A DNA stretch of 64,000 nt from the human T2T-CHM13v2.0 reference genome, Homo sapiens. Under the pieces are notes generated by a model. It worked only from the letters and a program-made list of their open reading frames with translations. It was not told the DNA's origin and did not search any database. A program made the translations under genes and the position numbers. Positions 1 through 15,284 of the stretch are shown here, piece after piece. How positions within the stretch are numbered: the stretch's first letter is position 1; each line of letters begins with the position of its first letter. The stretch is taken from assembly GCF_009914755.1 (NCBI RefSeq), contig NC_060928.1; one strand, given 5' to 3'.

Positions 1-1069
1 AGAAAAATCACCAAGAGAACTATTTCTCATGTCAATGATTGTTTTTTAAGATGTGATAGAGATATTCCTAGAACAAATGTATTAGTGGTTCAGTTGCACA
101 GGAAGGGAAGGCCTCATTCAATTTTGAAGTGAGCCTTGAAGGAACAGTTATCCTTAGATTAAAAAGAGAGGGGGGGAATTTTAGGCAGTAGAATGTTTAA
201 ACAGTGGAAACTGCTATGTATAATAGCTCGAAATGGGATTGAACATTATTTATTTATTTGAAATGACTTGCCTTTTAACAAGTTTGGATATATGTTTTAA
301 AAATATTAAAAATATGAATTGAACATCTCAAATTTTTCTCAGGTCGGTCTCATTTCATCAAATCAGTTTCCACACTGATACATGTGGTTAGGTTTATCTG
401 TGACACTAAAGTAGAAACTTAAAGATAATATTTTTAAAAGGAACTGTTATTGTCATTTTGAGGTAGAAAAGTCCTTTGAATTTGAAGGGAACAAAAATGA
501 AAAGAATATTTAACTGCTAAGGTTGAGATCAAGGTGTTAGTATCTTCGTTTTCAACTCTACCTTTTCTCTTTGTTGTCATCATACCGTGTTCCATTCTCT
601 TCTCTTTTCAATCAAGCTTTTTGTAAGCTCTGCGAACATAAAAATGTTGATAGAAGTCATGAGTCTACACAATATTGTAATGTGGGCTCCATGTACTCAT
701 CAAATACAAAGAATTCAAAAAAATTAAATTCCCATACTGATTTTCAATCTAGAGGGTCAATTCTGATGCTATGCCTAAACAATATGCTATAATCAAACAG
801 TTAAAATCAGAAACAAGATTGCAAATTGTTCTTGGATTGCACAGTATTATATAGTTAGGACTTAAAATACATATTATTTTTGTGTTCAGAATGTATGCTG
901 TAAAATATATAATCGCTATCATACAAGCTCCAGTATATTAACTTTTTCAGACCCTTGGACCTAAGTTTCAGAACAGTAGTGGATAGCTGCTGAAAAGAAA
1001 TACGTGCTAACAAAATTAAAGCAACATTTGTATATAGAGCAAATTTAAAATAAAACGATGATAAATAAA

Positions 1070-1762
1070 ATTTGGGGGGATGATGAAATGTTCTAAAATT
1101 AGTGATAATTGTTGCATAACTAAATACACCAAAAACTGATAAATTGTATACCTTAAAAGCATGACTTTTATATTAGTCAGGGTTCTCTCTAGCAGGACAG
1201 GTGTAAAAGAATAGATGTAAATATGAAAGGGACTTTATTAAGGAGTATTGACTCACATGATCACAAGGTGAAGTCACACAATAGGCCATCTACAAGCTGA
1301 GGAGAACAAGGAAGCCAGTCTGAGTCCCAAAACCTCAAAAGTAGGGAAGCCAATAGTGCAGCCTTCAGTGTGTGGCCAAAGGTCCAAGAGACCCTGGCAA
1401 ACCATTGGTATAGATCCAGAATCCAAAAGCTGAAGAACTCGGAGTCCGATGTTAAAGGGCAGGAAGCATCTAGCACAGGAGAAAGATGGAGGCCAGAAGA
1501 CTCAGCTAGTCTACTTCTTCCATATTCCTCTGCCTACTTTTATTCTAGCTGTGCTGGCAGCTGATTAGATGGTGTCCACCCAGATTGAGGGTGGGTCTGC
1601 CTCTCCCAGCCCACTGACTCAAATGTTAATCTCCTTTGGCAACACTCTCACAGACGCACCCAAGACCAATACTTTGCATCCTTTAATCCAATCGAGTTGA
1701 CAGTCAATATTAACCATCACAACTTTTATGATGTATACATTTTATCTCAAGAAAGCTGTTAT
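1070..1762 (+). mobile_element. Old L1M (L1ME/L1MC-like) 3' end, split by the MLT2A LTR
   Basis: GGGGGATGATGAAATGTTCTAAAATT...GTTGCATAAC before the LTR and TTTTATGATGTATACATTTTATCTCAAGAAAGCTGTT after it resemble old L1 3' termini. Confidence 0.6.
1169..1721 (-). mobile_element. MLT2A (HERV-L) solo LTR, MLT2A2-like
   Basis: Minus strand begins TGTGATGGTTAATATTGACTGTCAACT; 553 bp; exact 5-bp TSD ACTTT at 1164-1168 and 1722-1726. Confidence 0.9.
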
Positions 1763-2299
1763 ACAGAAAAAGAACAGTACCAATAACAACAGCCAGAAGC
1801 AGTAGCACAGCATATCCAGTTTCTGGCTAAATTTACTTGATGGGACCTAAAAAAATTACACAACAGGTCTAGTAGTCCAACTGTGATGCAATACTTACCA
1901 TTCTGGTATCTTTTTTCTCCTCTTTATCATGTTGTAATCCCTAAAGTAAAATGATTTTGTTAGGTTGATTGGTTACTATCTGAAATGTCTTGCTTTATCC
2001 ACTAATTCCTGCACTTTGTTGCAGAATTAGTTTAATGTATACACTTAATTTAAAATATATATTCACTTTATGCAAAAAAAAAATTCCATGGGGGTGCTTC
2101 CCTCAAAAAAAAAAATGTGACTAGCAGACAATTTGAGACTATCACTTCTTCAGCACAGGGGACATTTCTGCCTCAACATATAACTCTAAAGTACTTTCTC
2201 TTAAGGTAATATAATTATTCATATACAATCAAATATGTACTTTATCTTTCTACATGAGGGATGGCAAATAAAATAGTAGGTCTTGATTGCTGCTTCCAA

Positions 2300-4190
2300 A
2301 TATTACAGAATAGTTAGTTGTACCAGGCTGACACCTCCATGAAGAACAAGGAGAAAATCCATCTAAAATAAAATTAAAAATATATGTTTAAAAACACTGA
2401 AACACTATCAGGTTAACTAGCACATGAGAAGCAAAATATTAGGAAAGAGGAACTGTAAAGATATGAGCCAATACTCCACCAATACTGATTTTTCTTTATA
2501 TGTCCTTTTTCTAGGTATAGGTTAGAGGTTGAAAATAATGGCAAATTATATGAGAAAACGCTACTTCTATTTCATGGAGATATCAGCAGTACCTATGACA
2601 GTGTCAGGTGACTAGAAAAATAGAAATTAAATATATGAAGTTCCAAGATCTTAATAAAAAAAATTCAGAGTACTAAACCAAATATTTTTCCACAAATACG
2701 TTGGCAAATGTCTAAACTCCAATGCACAGGAAGCTAACAGCCATGTAGCAAGTTACTAAAAAGCAATGCTGATAAGCTATACCATTGACCTGAGGAGATT
2801 TGGTAGGAGTTCAGATTCCTGAAAGCAGAAGACACAGGTAAAGACCATAGATTCTCACTTGGAATCCCTCCAAGGCTATGCCTTTGGAGAACAACAAGAG
2901 GCAATGCATTCTTTCTAATATTTAAGCCTAGCCTTACTAAAAATGCAAACCAATTTAGCTCATTTCCTGATTAGTTTTAGGCTAACAGTCCCATTCTGTC
3001 TTCCTAAAAAATAAAAAAAAGGAATAAATTCTCCGTGGAAGAAAAGAAATCATAGACAGCCTCTACAATTTTTTTATGTAGATTGTATTGCTTTTAGTTA
3101 CTGAAAAGGGAAAAGAAAAAATTGAAAAATAGAAACAGACCCATAGATGACACAGCTCTTAGATGAATCAGAAAAGAACTATGAAATTGCTATGAATAAT
3201 ATATTCAGGAAATAAAAGAACATAAGAAAAAATAAGCGAAAATATGTTTATTTTCACCAGAAATATGGAGGTTTTATTTTATCACAGTCAATAGGAAATC
3301 TAGAACTGAAATATAAAAGCTGAAAGTAAGAATTCAATAGATGAATTTAACAGCAGATTAGACAAAGTAGAAGATGGGATTAGTGAACTAGAAGAAAGGT
3401 TAACAGATAATATTCAGGCTGAAGCAAAGAGAAAAAAAGTGTGAAAAAAAGAGCACAATAGAAACATTACACTGTAAAAATATAACAGTTTTATGAAGAA
3501 AGAGGAGAGAAGAGAAAAGGAGCAGAAATAGTAAAGATATGCTGAGAAATGTCAAAGACTAATAAAGACATCGAGTTAGAATTTTGAAAGTTCTGTGGAC
3601 ACCAAACAAGGTGACTGACTGAAACGGATGCTTCATCAATGAACATAATCATAAAACTGACCACCAAAATTACACGTGTGTGTGTGTGACAGTGTGTGGG
3701 TGTCTGTATGAGAAAAAGACGTATCACATCAAAGAACCTAATTTGAGACTGAGGATTTACCTTGCAATAGAAGATTTGAAAGCCAGGAAACAAACAAGTG
3801 CACTTTAAATGCTGGAAAAAAATTCATTCCTAATTCAGAATTTTTTACCAAATGCAAATATAATTCAAAAACAACTCTAAAATAACATTCTTTTCAGATA
3901 AAACAAAACTAATAAAATTTTTCGCCAGCCAACTTGCTTTAAAAGAAATACTAAATAAAATTATTTAGGCAAAATGGAAAAGATCCTATTCCTAAACATA
4001 GAAATGCATGAAGAAATGAAGAATGAGGATAAATACAAACATATATAAATGTATGTTACCCACCAAAATCAGTGATAAAACTATCTTGGGTATTAGAATA
4101 TATACAGTATTATAATACATAAAAACAAAATAAAGGCAGGGGATAAATAGAATGATATAAAATATCCTAAGGTGTTAGTACATGCTAGGA
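2300..4190 (+). mobile_element. Ancient L1M 5'/ORF1 remnant; resumes about 6530-6830 near the ORF2 start
   Basis: GAAATCTAGAACTGAAA...AATTCAATAGATGAATTTAACAGCAGATTAGAC...GATTAGTGAACTAGAAGA is typical of the L1M ORF1 coiled-coil region; boundaries approximate. Confidence 0.65.
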
Positions 4191-4878
4191 TTTGATAATA
4201 TAGTTGATCCTTGAGCTACATAGGTTTCAGCTGCATAGGCCCACTCATAAACAGTTTTTAAAATAAGTATATTGGGAAATTTTCTGGAGATTCATGAAAA
4301 ATTGAAAAAGCTAGCAGATGAACCACATAGCCTAGAAATATCAAAAAAAATAAGAAAATGTTAGGTATTTCATGAATGCATAAAATGTTTGTGGATAATA
4401 GTCAATTTTATCACTTACTACCATAAAAACACATGAATCTATTCTAAAAAGTTAAAATTTATCAAAACATAGGCATGCAAATACAGACCATATATAGCAT
4501 CATTCACAGTTGAGAGAAATGTAAGCAAATGAAAAGATGCTGTATTAAACCATAACTCCATACAATTTACTGTGGTACACATTTTACTACTGTTGTAATT
4601 TTATAGTCACTTCCTGTTGCTATTGCACTGAACTCAAGTGTTAGGAGTATCTGCTTGCCTGCCATGAAAAATCATCCCCGCATGAGCAGTTTATCTCTTC
4701 AGTAAATTGTGTGTTGCAGTAAAAGGTGATCTCCTGTGGTTCTCACATATTTTTCATCATGTTTAGTGCAATAGCATAAACCTTGAGCAACACCAGAAGA
4801 CCCATACAAAGTACCACCAGTGACACTGGAAGTGCCCACAAGAAGTAAAGACAATCCATGACATTAAAAGAAAAGTCA

Positions 4879-5587
<709 letters not shown>

Positions 5588-5985
5588 TCATCTTACAAAC
5601 AGATGACTCAAACTTGTAGTATTCGTAAACACAGCACAGTACTGTAAATGCATTCTCTCTTCCTTATGGTTTTCTTAGTAACATTTTCTTTCTTTATTGT
5701 AAGAATACAGCATATAATACATATAATATTTTTTAAATGTGTGAACCGACTGTTTATGTTATTGGTAACGTTTCTGGTCAACAGTAGGCTATTAATAGGT
5801 AAGTTTCTAAGGAATCAAAAGTTATATACACTTTCTACTATATGAAGGCTCAGCACCCCAACCCCCACATCGTTCAAGGATCAACTGTAGATTATATTAA
5901 ATCACATTATATTTATATTAGATCATTTTTATAATAAATCATATTAAGTCAAAATAAACATATGTTTTCGTCTCTACAGAAGTAG

Positions 5986-6518
<533 letters not shown>

Positions 6519-7174
6519 CTCTAGGTAACCAGGAGAAGATATGTATAAGACGTATGTCAAAGTGGAGAGATAGAATCATCTACTCAATTAAAAAAAAAAG
6601 GAAGAGAGAACAAAGGACTATGAAACAGGTTAACACATTATTCCAAAAAAAAAAAAAAACCCAAAAAGATTAAATGATAGATATAAACCCAAGCCCATAA
6701 GAGGTCATATTAAGTGTAAATTGCATAAATGTTTTATTTAAAACACTAGGATTATCAAACAGGATAAAAATTAAGTGTTTATACTTATCAAATATAGATA
6801 AAAATAACCAAATACAATCTATTATAAGAGAAAGGTGGACAATTTTAGCTGGCTTTACCAGATTCTCAGGCCTCAGCTAAGGTTTGGTATGGTGTGTATG
6901 GTGTGTTTCAATATTAGCATATGTAGACTATTGGGAAGTTTGTATCAGCCTAGTGCTTCCATCATAAACATTATAAAATTTCACCTAATTTGTTTAATGT
7001 TTCTCTTTTGAACTTTCAGGAGCTCTTCTGAAGTATCCAAAAGTTAATTCAAGGTCAAAAAGACTTGATTTTGATTTTGGAAAGTTTGCCAAAAATTAAG
7101 GTTCAAAACATTTGATCAAAATCTTATCACATAATTATTATGAAATAATATTTATTTAATCAAAAGTCTTAACA

Positions 7175-7468
7175 GGCCTGGCGCAGTGGCTTACACTTGT
7201 ATTTCCAGCACTTTGAGAGGTTGAGGTGGGTGAACCATTTGATCCAGGAGTTCGAGATCAGCCTGGGCAACATGGAGAAATTCTGTCTCTACAAAAAAAA
7301 AGTAACAAAAATTAGCTGAATGTGGTGATACGTGCCTATATTCCCAGCTACTCAGGAAGCTGAGGTGGGAGGATCACTTGAGGCCAGGAAGAGGAGGTTG
7401 CAGTGAGTCAAGATTGTGCTACTGCACTCCAGCCTGGGTGACGCAGCAAGATCCTGTCTCCAAAAACT
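7175..7468 (+). mobile_element. AluJ-like
   Basis: Full Alu; TSD AAAAGTCTTAACA (7162-7174) / AAAAGTCTTTACA (7469-7481). Confidence 0.9.
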
Positions 7469-8243
7469 AAAAGTCTTTACAAAGACAAGCAACATGTAAA
7501 ACCTGTTTTCTTTGCTCTCCCTTCTTTTTTGTAGCTTATTTAAAATGTAAACATAAATCTTTTATTATTTTTATTAATACTATAAAAGAAATTTGTTTTA
7601 AAGAGGGCTACATTCTAGATTTGCATTACTGATATTAAAGCTTAAATTTAACGCTTATAATAAACTTAATTTTAGTCAGTTTAACCACACAAGACTTTTC
7701 TTCACTTTAAAAAGTTTTATTTTTATGTTTTTTATTGATTTATTTTGAAAAAGATTTAAATATTTTAGACAGTTACCATTTTAATAAAAGCACACTGGTG
7801 TTTTGAACACTTAGTGTACATTTTTAAAATATTTTAGTAGCTTTAGTTACCTATATTTACCCAATATTATTTTTATTTACCAAAGATTACTAAAATCACA
7901 TGAACACAGAAAGGATTTGGGTTTATATATTTAATTTATGAGCATTTATTTATTTATTTATTTTAAGTCAATTGAGTACCATGTGGATAATATTCAAAAA
8001 CAGACATGTACACATGTATATATAAAAATATAGACAGATATAAAAAAGATTTTATAGGTTCAATTTTAAAATTTTAGTAATGAGACAGGTAAAACTCACT
8101 AGTTTAAAAGGATGGTTTTATTTAAATGGTCTTTTTAATGGAACAAGTTTCAGTTTATCTGTCCCACATGGCCAAAACTCTTCTTGAGTTCTAGAGAAAA
8201 AAGGGTAGAAAATATCAAAACACGGAAAAAAAGAAAAGTAGAC

Positions 8244-8534
8244 TTTTTTTGTTTTTGTTTTGTTTTTGAGATTGAGACTTGCTCTGTTGCCCAGGCTAGA
8301 GTTCAGTGGCACAATCTTGGCTCACTGCACCTGGGTTCAAGTGATTCTCCTGCCTCAGCCTCCCGAGCAGCTGGGACTACAGGCGTGCACCACCACACCT
8401 GGCTAAGTTTTGTATTTTTAGTAGAGATGGGTTTTCACCATGTTGGCCAGGCTGATCTCAAACTCCTGACCTCAAGTGATCCACCCATCTTGGCCTCCCA
8501 AAGTGTTGGGAGGCAGGAGCCACTGTGCCCTGCC
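8244..8534 (-). mobile_element. AluS
   Basis: Reverse Alu with (TTTTG)n tail; explains ORF 8184..8579. Confidence 0.9.
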
Positions 8535-9391
8535 AAAAATGTAAACTTTTTAACGAAGGAGTTTGGTTGTGTCAGTTAGATGAGACACAGAGAAAGATTA
8601 CACATGGATTACAAGGTAACATAAAAGCTGAAAAACTTGTTACAGAATTTTAAAAGAAAATATGTAATGAATCTATGAAAAAATTCAGAATCCCATTTAA
8701 AATAACCAGCTGAGAATGTAAAAATTTAGAGACCAATTTAGTTAGATAGGTGGCTTTTCAATTTAGTTTTTTTTTCTCTTTCTTTCTTTCTTTCCTTCCT
8801 TCCTTCTTTTTTTTAATGGGATTACAGAGTTCAGGACAGAGTCCACTAACAAAGAGGACTAAGAAAACATTTGGAGCTTTTAAATCCTAACATTTCCACA
8901 TGAGAAAGGAGAGGCACAGGTGGAATGTGGAGCATTTATATCTTTAGAAATAAGGAAGCTAAGCTTGCAAAGAAATGAAAAAAATAGCAAATGAGAGTTT
9001 GACCCTCTGCAATAACGCTTACTGTAACATTTGTCAGTTACCTTTAAAAGTGACTGACAAATGTTACAGTAAGCAATTATTGCTGCAGAGTGACTTGTCA
9101 GTGTCTTGTGAGTTATCATACATTAAAAGGTCAAGTGTTTTTTAAGTATAAAATAACCCTTAGTGCCCCTAAAGACAAAATAAATGGCAGGGTGCTCAAA
9201 TTAAATGAGCGCAGAATTTAAGATCTGAGAGAAACCCATTTACAACTCTTGAGGTCCCTTGAGGAAGATAGGATACTCTACAACAGGTGCTCAGTGGCAC
9301 CTTTTCCTCCAAGAGTCTCAGGGCCACTAGAAGTCACTTTTTAAACTTTTTATATGATAGAACTCTGATATTCCTCTTAGCTTGAGGAGTT

Positions 9392-9671
9392 TATATCAAG
9401 TATCTGCATAAAAAATCAAAGGTGGGGCTGGGCACAGTGGTTCATGCCTGTAATCCCAACACTTTCGGAGTCCGAGGTGGGCAGATCACCTGAGGACAGG
9501 AGTTTGAGACTAGCCTGACCAACATGGCGAAACCCTGTCTCTACTAAAAATACAAAAAGATTAGCCAGGCGTGGTGGCGCATACCTGTAATCCCAGCTAC
9601 TTGGAACACTGAGGCAGGAGAATCTCTTGATCCTGGGAAGCGGAGGTTGCACAAGAGTTGAACTCCATCTC

Positions 9672-9703
<32 letters not shown>

Positions 9704-10380
9704 AAGATGGCACAAGAAAAGAGGGGTAAAAGTAACCTTTATTTCTCATGAAAGGTTGCAGCCTGCATAGTGGCCATTCTAACAGACTGGGAAACACAGC
9801 CTCTGGTCAGAAGCTGAACACAGACAATTCAAGGGAGGGGTAAAGGGAACAGGAACTTATGCTGATCAAGGCTGAATATCCATATTTAATAAGCTATAGG
9901 AGGAGAAATGAATATTTATAAAAGGAGAAATATGACCATGGGCAATTGAACTTCATGCCTCTCCATGGGACCCATGTTCAAAAAATGGCAGTGTTAGCAT
10001 AATCCAAGTGTGGAGTTTGGGGCCATCTGGTATCAAAGGGTGAAGCAGAAGACCTGAGCATCCTTACTGAGCAACCTCTATAGACTGACCAGAACCACTT
10101 CTTGTTCGGTGGCCTCTTATCAGGCAAAAAAGGAGGGGCAGGGGCAGGCTATTTGTTGATAAAAGTGGTGGATTTTATTGAAAGGTCTGGATTCTGTTCA
10201 GCCCTTAGGGAAGAAACTCTGATTATGGATAGGGAGGGAGGAGACATAATGAGGTGTGTCTGACCCCTCATCTTGGTATGGCAGATAATTCAGTTTTCAA
10301 GGTTACTCTGGAGTCCCTTTGGCTAAGAGACGGTCCACTCAGTCAGTTGGGGGGGCTTAGAATTTTGTTTTTAGTTTATA
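9392..10380 (-). mobile_element. MER4-group ERV1 solo LTR (MER72/MER49/MER87-like) containing an Alu
   Basis: Minus-strand start TATAAACTAAAAACAAAATTCTAAGCCCCCCAACTGACTGA matches this LTR group; possible TSD AGTT; left boundary tentative. Confidence 0.6.
9426..9700 (+). mobile_element. AluS with a right-arm internal deletion
   Basis: GAGGTTGC joins directly to ACAAGAG; TSD AAAAATCAAAGGTGG / AAAAATCTAAGATGG. Confidence 0.9.
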
Positions 10381-11168
10381 AGTTTTAATTAATAGGAGTT
10401 CAAGAAAAGGGGTTCGGTTGACTAAGAGGTTCCTATGGGAGAAATAAGATACAACAGAGAAAGAGAAGCTTTTATTAAAAAACATTGTTTGAATATCAGC
10501 TTTTAATTAAAGTTTTTATTGCATAGTTCTTTAAAAATACGTATTTTTTAAAGAGGAGGAGTTCATATATATATATGAGGAGGAGAGTTCATATATATAT
10601 ATGAGGAGGAGACTTTACAGTATCTGCAAACAAGGAAGGTTTTGTGGTGGCAAACAGGGAAGGTTTTGGCGGCAAACAGGGAACGTTTTGTGGTGGATGA
10701 GAACAATGGATGGACTTTAAGTATGTTTTAGAAGTACATCTCTGTTTTTGTAGAGACTCAGTGTGCAAATCAAAGATACTTGTTCTTAATTTCCCTGAGA
10801 ATTAGGTTGTGGCTTGAGTATCAAGGGGATAACCCATCCATTAGACTGCTTTATGTTCAATTCTCTTTATATGTATTTAGGAAGTAAGTTTTCAGCTAAT
10901 ATAGAAATTAAAAGATTTCTCTGGTTTACAGTTAGAGGCATTTGTCTTTAAAGTAATTTAATAAATGGTTTTCTTTTTATTTAAATATACAGTTGTATTT
11001 TTTAGCTAAGGAGAGAAAACTAAGTAAACAAATAAAATGCAAAAAAAGTTTTTATTATGTTCTGAATATACTAATTTTTAAAAATATCATTCTCTTAACT
11101 GTAAACCAAAATTTTAAACCTATAGTTCTCTGATTCAATACTAAAACAAATATTTGAGACTAAACCTA

Positions 11169-11512
<344 letters not shown>

Positions 11513-11802
11513 TTAAATGCTTATCTGCAAATGGAGTGCAAACCACATTTCTGTCCAGTAACACTCTTGGGGCTCAGAGCCTTTTGCTGCCTATACACGT
11601 ATACCCAGTAACCTGTGTGTTACTGATAGATGGAAAATTAAAAACAGTGACTAAAACAAATAAGAAATCAAAAGTTATCCATGGGGTAAGAAAGGATTAC
11701 TAACAAATGGGTACCAAGAAAAGTCGAGTCACACAAATATAAACTTACAATGACAACAAAAAACTAATTTTTATAAATGTTCTTCACCTGAGCTGAAGGA
11801 AT

Positions 11803-12543
11803 TGAAACAACCTTTGCAAAATTCTGACAGTAACAGAAATCTGACATAGTGGACTCCGTCTTGCTTCTGACCTCCAAATTGTTCTTGATCCTTCCTGGGT
11901 GTAGGCCAAGTTAACATTGGGAGCAATTTAGTTTATAGTATAATTTGAAAGCAAGGATGATAATAGTCCTTCCCTAAAACTAATCTTTTTGCTCAGGGAC
12001 CAAAAACCACTTTGTAAGACTAACGAAAGGCCACAAGAATAGGATCATGGGAGGAACGTGAACTCTACTAAAATGTCTGTGTAGTTTCTATAATTCCTTA
12101 CTGCTCAGGAGTCTTGTGGCTAGAGGTCATAAGATTTGTGACTGCTTCAATTGCTCCTATAGATAGCATCACTATTGTAAAACCTAAGATTGGCTTTTGA
12201 GATATTTTTCAGCCTGATCCCACCTGGACCAGTGACTCATGACTCAGCTTCTCCTGTGGCCCCACCCAGCAGCAGACTCATTACACAAGCACTGTTTTCC
12301 ACACCTCTATGATTTTATCCCCAACCAATCAACAGCACCCATTCCCTAGCTCCCTGCCCACCAAATGGACCATAAAAGCCTTAACCTCCAAGCCTTTGGG
12401 ACGATTGATTTGAGAGATAACTCCAGTTTTCTCTCATGGGCCAGCCTCAAGTCAATTAAACTCTTTCTCTACAGCAATGCTGTGGTCTTAGTGGATTGAT
12501 TTTGTCTTTGCAGAGGGTAGGAAGAACCTGTCAGGTGATTACA
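11803..12543 (+). mobile_element. LTR8-family solo LTR (ERV1)
   Basis: TGAAACAACCTTTGCAAAATT start and GGTGATTACA end; exact TSD GAAT at 11799-11802 and 12544-12547; 741 bp. Confidence 0.88.
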
Positions 12544-13071
12544 GAATTTACTTAAGGAAATGGAGCTGGACTCAAGAGAGGGAGGTTTAAATCAAGGGTT
12601 TAGAGATCTAAAAGATCTTCTGGTTTAAAGAATCCTGAATTTGTTTTAAATCTGATTTATGCCTTTTAATCTTCTCAAAAGAGTCTCTAAGCCTAGTCAT
12701 CATTTCCTTTGTATCTTTTTTTAGGTGCCAATAAGATAGCTTTTTAAGATGAGAGCTCTCTAAAATAGCTTTTTAATATAGTAAATTTATTTACCAACAA
12801 CTCATGCCAATAAGCCTTTTAAAATAAAAAGTCCTAGATGTAACTTTCTAGGTTTAGAATACCTTGGACATAAGTGGCATTTTAAAAATGAACACAGAAG
12901 ATGCAACCCTCTCATCTCCCCACAAATTTACTCCCAGAGTTTGGCTAGGATAGCAGAACATCTTTGTTGCCATGGTCAGTTAAGGATATTGTTTGTATGA
13001 ATTATATCTTTGCCTCCCCCTCCACAAACATATGGATGGATACATGAACATGTGGACACGTGGGATGCCTT

Positions 13072-13421
13072 TGTTATCTGTGGAAGTTATCCAAGTTATT
13101 GGCGGCAAATCCATACAGTCTGCAGCAACTCAATTATTGCCTTCTCAGTAGAAAGAATTCAACTGAGAGGCATAAGGCAGAAGAAGAGACCAAGGCAAGT
13201 TTTAGAGCAGGAGTAGATGTTTATTAAAAAGCTTTAGAGGTTCAACATGGAGAAACCCTGTCTCTACTAAAAACACAATAATTAGCTGGGCACCTATAAC
13301 CCAGCTACCTGGGAGGCTGAGGCAGGAGAATCACTTGAACCTGGGAGGCGGAGGTTGCATTAAGTGGAGTTTGCGCTGCGCCACTGCACTTTAGCCTGAG
13401 CAACAGAGCAAGATTCCATCA

Positions 13422-13452
<31 letters not shown>

Positions 13453-14019
13453 TTAGAGCAGGAATGAACAGAAAGTAAAGTACACTTGAAAAGAGGCCAA
13501 GCAGGCAGCTTGGAGGTCAAGTGCCCCGTTTGAACATGGACTTCAGGTTTTATACGTTTGCCTACTTCTGGCATCTTGAGTCCCATTCCCTTAATTCTTC
13601 CCTTAGGGTGGGCTGCCTGCATCTCAGTGGTCTGTTAGTACCTGGGAGGTGAGTGTGTGCAGTGTTGTGTGTTTACTGGAGCTGTACACATGCTCACCTG
13701 AGGCATTCTTCCCTTTGCTGTGGAGTGCCCTTGGAAGGTCATATACCAGTTAAACTCTGCCATTTTGCCTCTTGGTGCGCATGTGTGAGCCGACTTGCCC
13801 AACTCCTGAGATCTTATTGGGAAGCTGCCGATCATCAGTTTCAGGTGTTTCTCTAGAATGGAAAACTGCCTTTCCCTGGCGCTGGTGGTGACCAATTATT
13901 ATTTTAGAGTGGCATTGTGACAACTGCCTGACCATCACCCGATGGTCGCCTGACATTCCTGATGGGGTCGGGGGAGCCCTCTCCTGTTCCGCTCATGCCT
14001 GACTAGCTATGACTTTACA
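13072..14019 (-). mobile_element. MER50-type solo LTR with an Alu insertion
   Basis: Minus strand TGTAAAG..AGCTAGTCAGGCATGAGC..CAGGAATGTCAGGCGACCATC; TG..CA ends; TSD CCTT/CATT. Confidence 0.82.
13240..13449 (+). mobile_element. 5'-truncated Alu
   Basis: Exact TSD AAAAAGCTTTAGAG at 13226-13239 and ending at 13458. Confidence 0.9.
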
Positions 14020-14204
14020 CATTCAGTCACAGACCCATGAACCTGTGACACCAGGCAGGCACTTCTGGGACTGGACTTTCCCAGCACTAACGACGCAGAT
14101 AAAAGATAGAGATGATACCTTTCAAACAAAGAGAGTGCTACTTAATAATCTTACATGTCTCAGGTTCCCAATCTTTTCAGACTTATTACTAGATGCGACC
14201 TTTC

Positions 14205-14322
14205 AGATTTGCACTGGAACTACACTACCAACTTTCTGGGTCTGCAGCTTGCACACGGCAGAATGTGGGACTTCCCAGCCTCCATAATTGTGGGAGCCAA
14301 TCTCTCTTAATAAATCTATTCC
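14205..14322 (+). mobile_element. MLT2 (ERVL) LTR 3' fragment
   Basis: GGAACTACACTACC...GTGGGACTTCCCAGCCTCCATAATTGTGGGAGCCAAT...AATAAATC. Confidence 0.7.
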
Positions 14323-14374
14323 TATTTTTGTAGGCAATTTTTTATTTACCAAAATTTTTTAATTACCAAATTTT

Positions 14375-14537
14375 TTATTTTTTAATTACCAAAATTTTTA
14401 TATGTTTATCATGTACAACATGATGTTTTGGAACATGCATATACTGTGGAATGGCTGTGTGAAGCTAATTAACATACGTACTTATCACATAATTATCATT
14501 TTTTTGTGCTCAAGACATTTGAAATCTACTCTCTTAG
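14375..14537 (-). mobile_element. L1MA 3' end fragment
   Basis: GTACAACATGATGTTTTGGAA...AAGCTAATTAACATA...AAATCTACTCTCTTAG. Confidence 0.75.
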
Positions 14538-15282
14538 TGATACAGACAGGAGGCAGGGAAATACTATGTAGGAAAGGGTGGAGTCCCTGGCAAGGGTTCC
14601 ACCCTCAAGCCTGAACCTGCAGCCCTAAATGAGAACTTCGTATCCCTGTTTTCCCACCTGAATGTTGCCTTTTGGCCTGCCACACCCCCTATCCTGTGCC
14701 CATAAGAACCCCAGACCCTAGGCTAAAAACAGACACAGAAAAGAGAAGCATCTGAACATTGAGAGGAGAAGAAGCAGCCGGACATCGGAGACTACTGTCA
14801 GAGAGGAGTTTGGCTGGAGACAGTTGGAAAAGACCACCTTCCCACTCCATCTTCTTTCCAGCTCCCCATCCCACTGAGAGCCACTTCCGTTACTCAGTAA
14901 AATCCCCACATTCACCAACCTTCAAGTCCGTGTGACCTCTTTCCTCTTGGGCACCAGACAAGGACCCAGGTGCAGGTGCAGGAGTCTGTCACACTGACTC
15001 TCCACTGAGTGGTTTAACACTTAAGCCATCTGCAGACAGCAAAGCTAAAAGAGCGTGCTGTAACACACCCTCTCTGGGGCCCCAGAGGTCATGGGCAACC
15101 CCTAGATGCTGCCATGGGCCGCTACAGGGTTTGCTCCTGCCACCACCCAAAGACACCTCTCCCAGCCCCTGTACCTGCTCACCCGTGTGTTCCCCCTCCT
15201 GCAAGCAGTTTGAGTGCTGCAGGCTAAGTGAGCTACCCTTTCACAAGTCCCATGAAGGGGTCGAGGAAATTATCCCATGTCA
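14538..15282 (+). mobile_element. 5' LTR of a HUERS-P/MER52-group provirus (LTR27/LTR28/LTR1-like)
   Basis: TGATACAGACAGGAGGCAGGGAAATACT start, CA end at 15282, immediately followed by a PBS. Confidence 0.8.
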
Positions 15283-15284
15283 AC

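Noticed and set aside
8184-8579. 131-aa ORF and similar ORFs at 5156, 6062, 9416, 11166, 52189 and 63404
   Set aside because: Translations of Alu sequence
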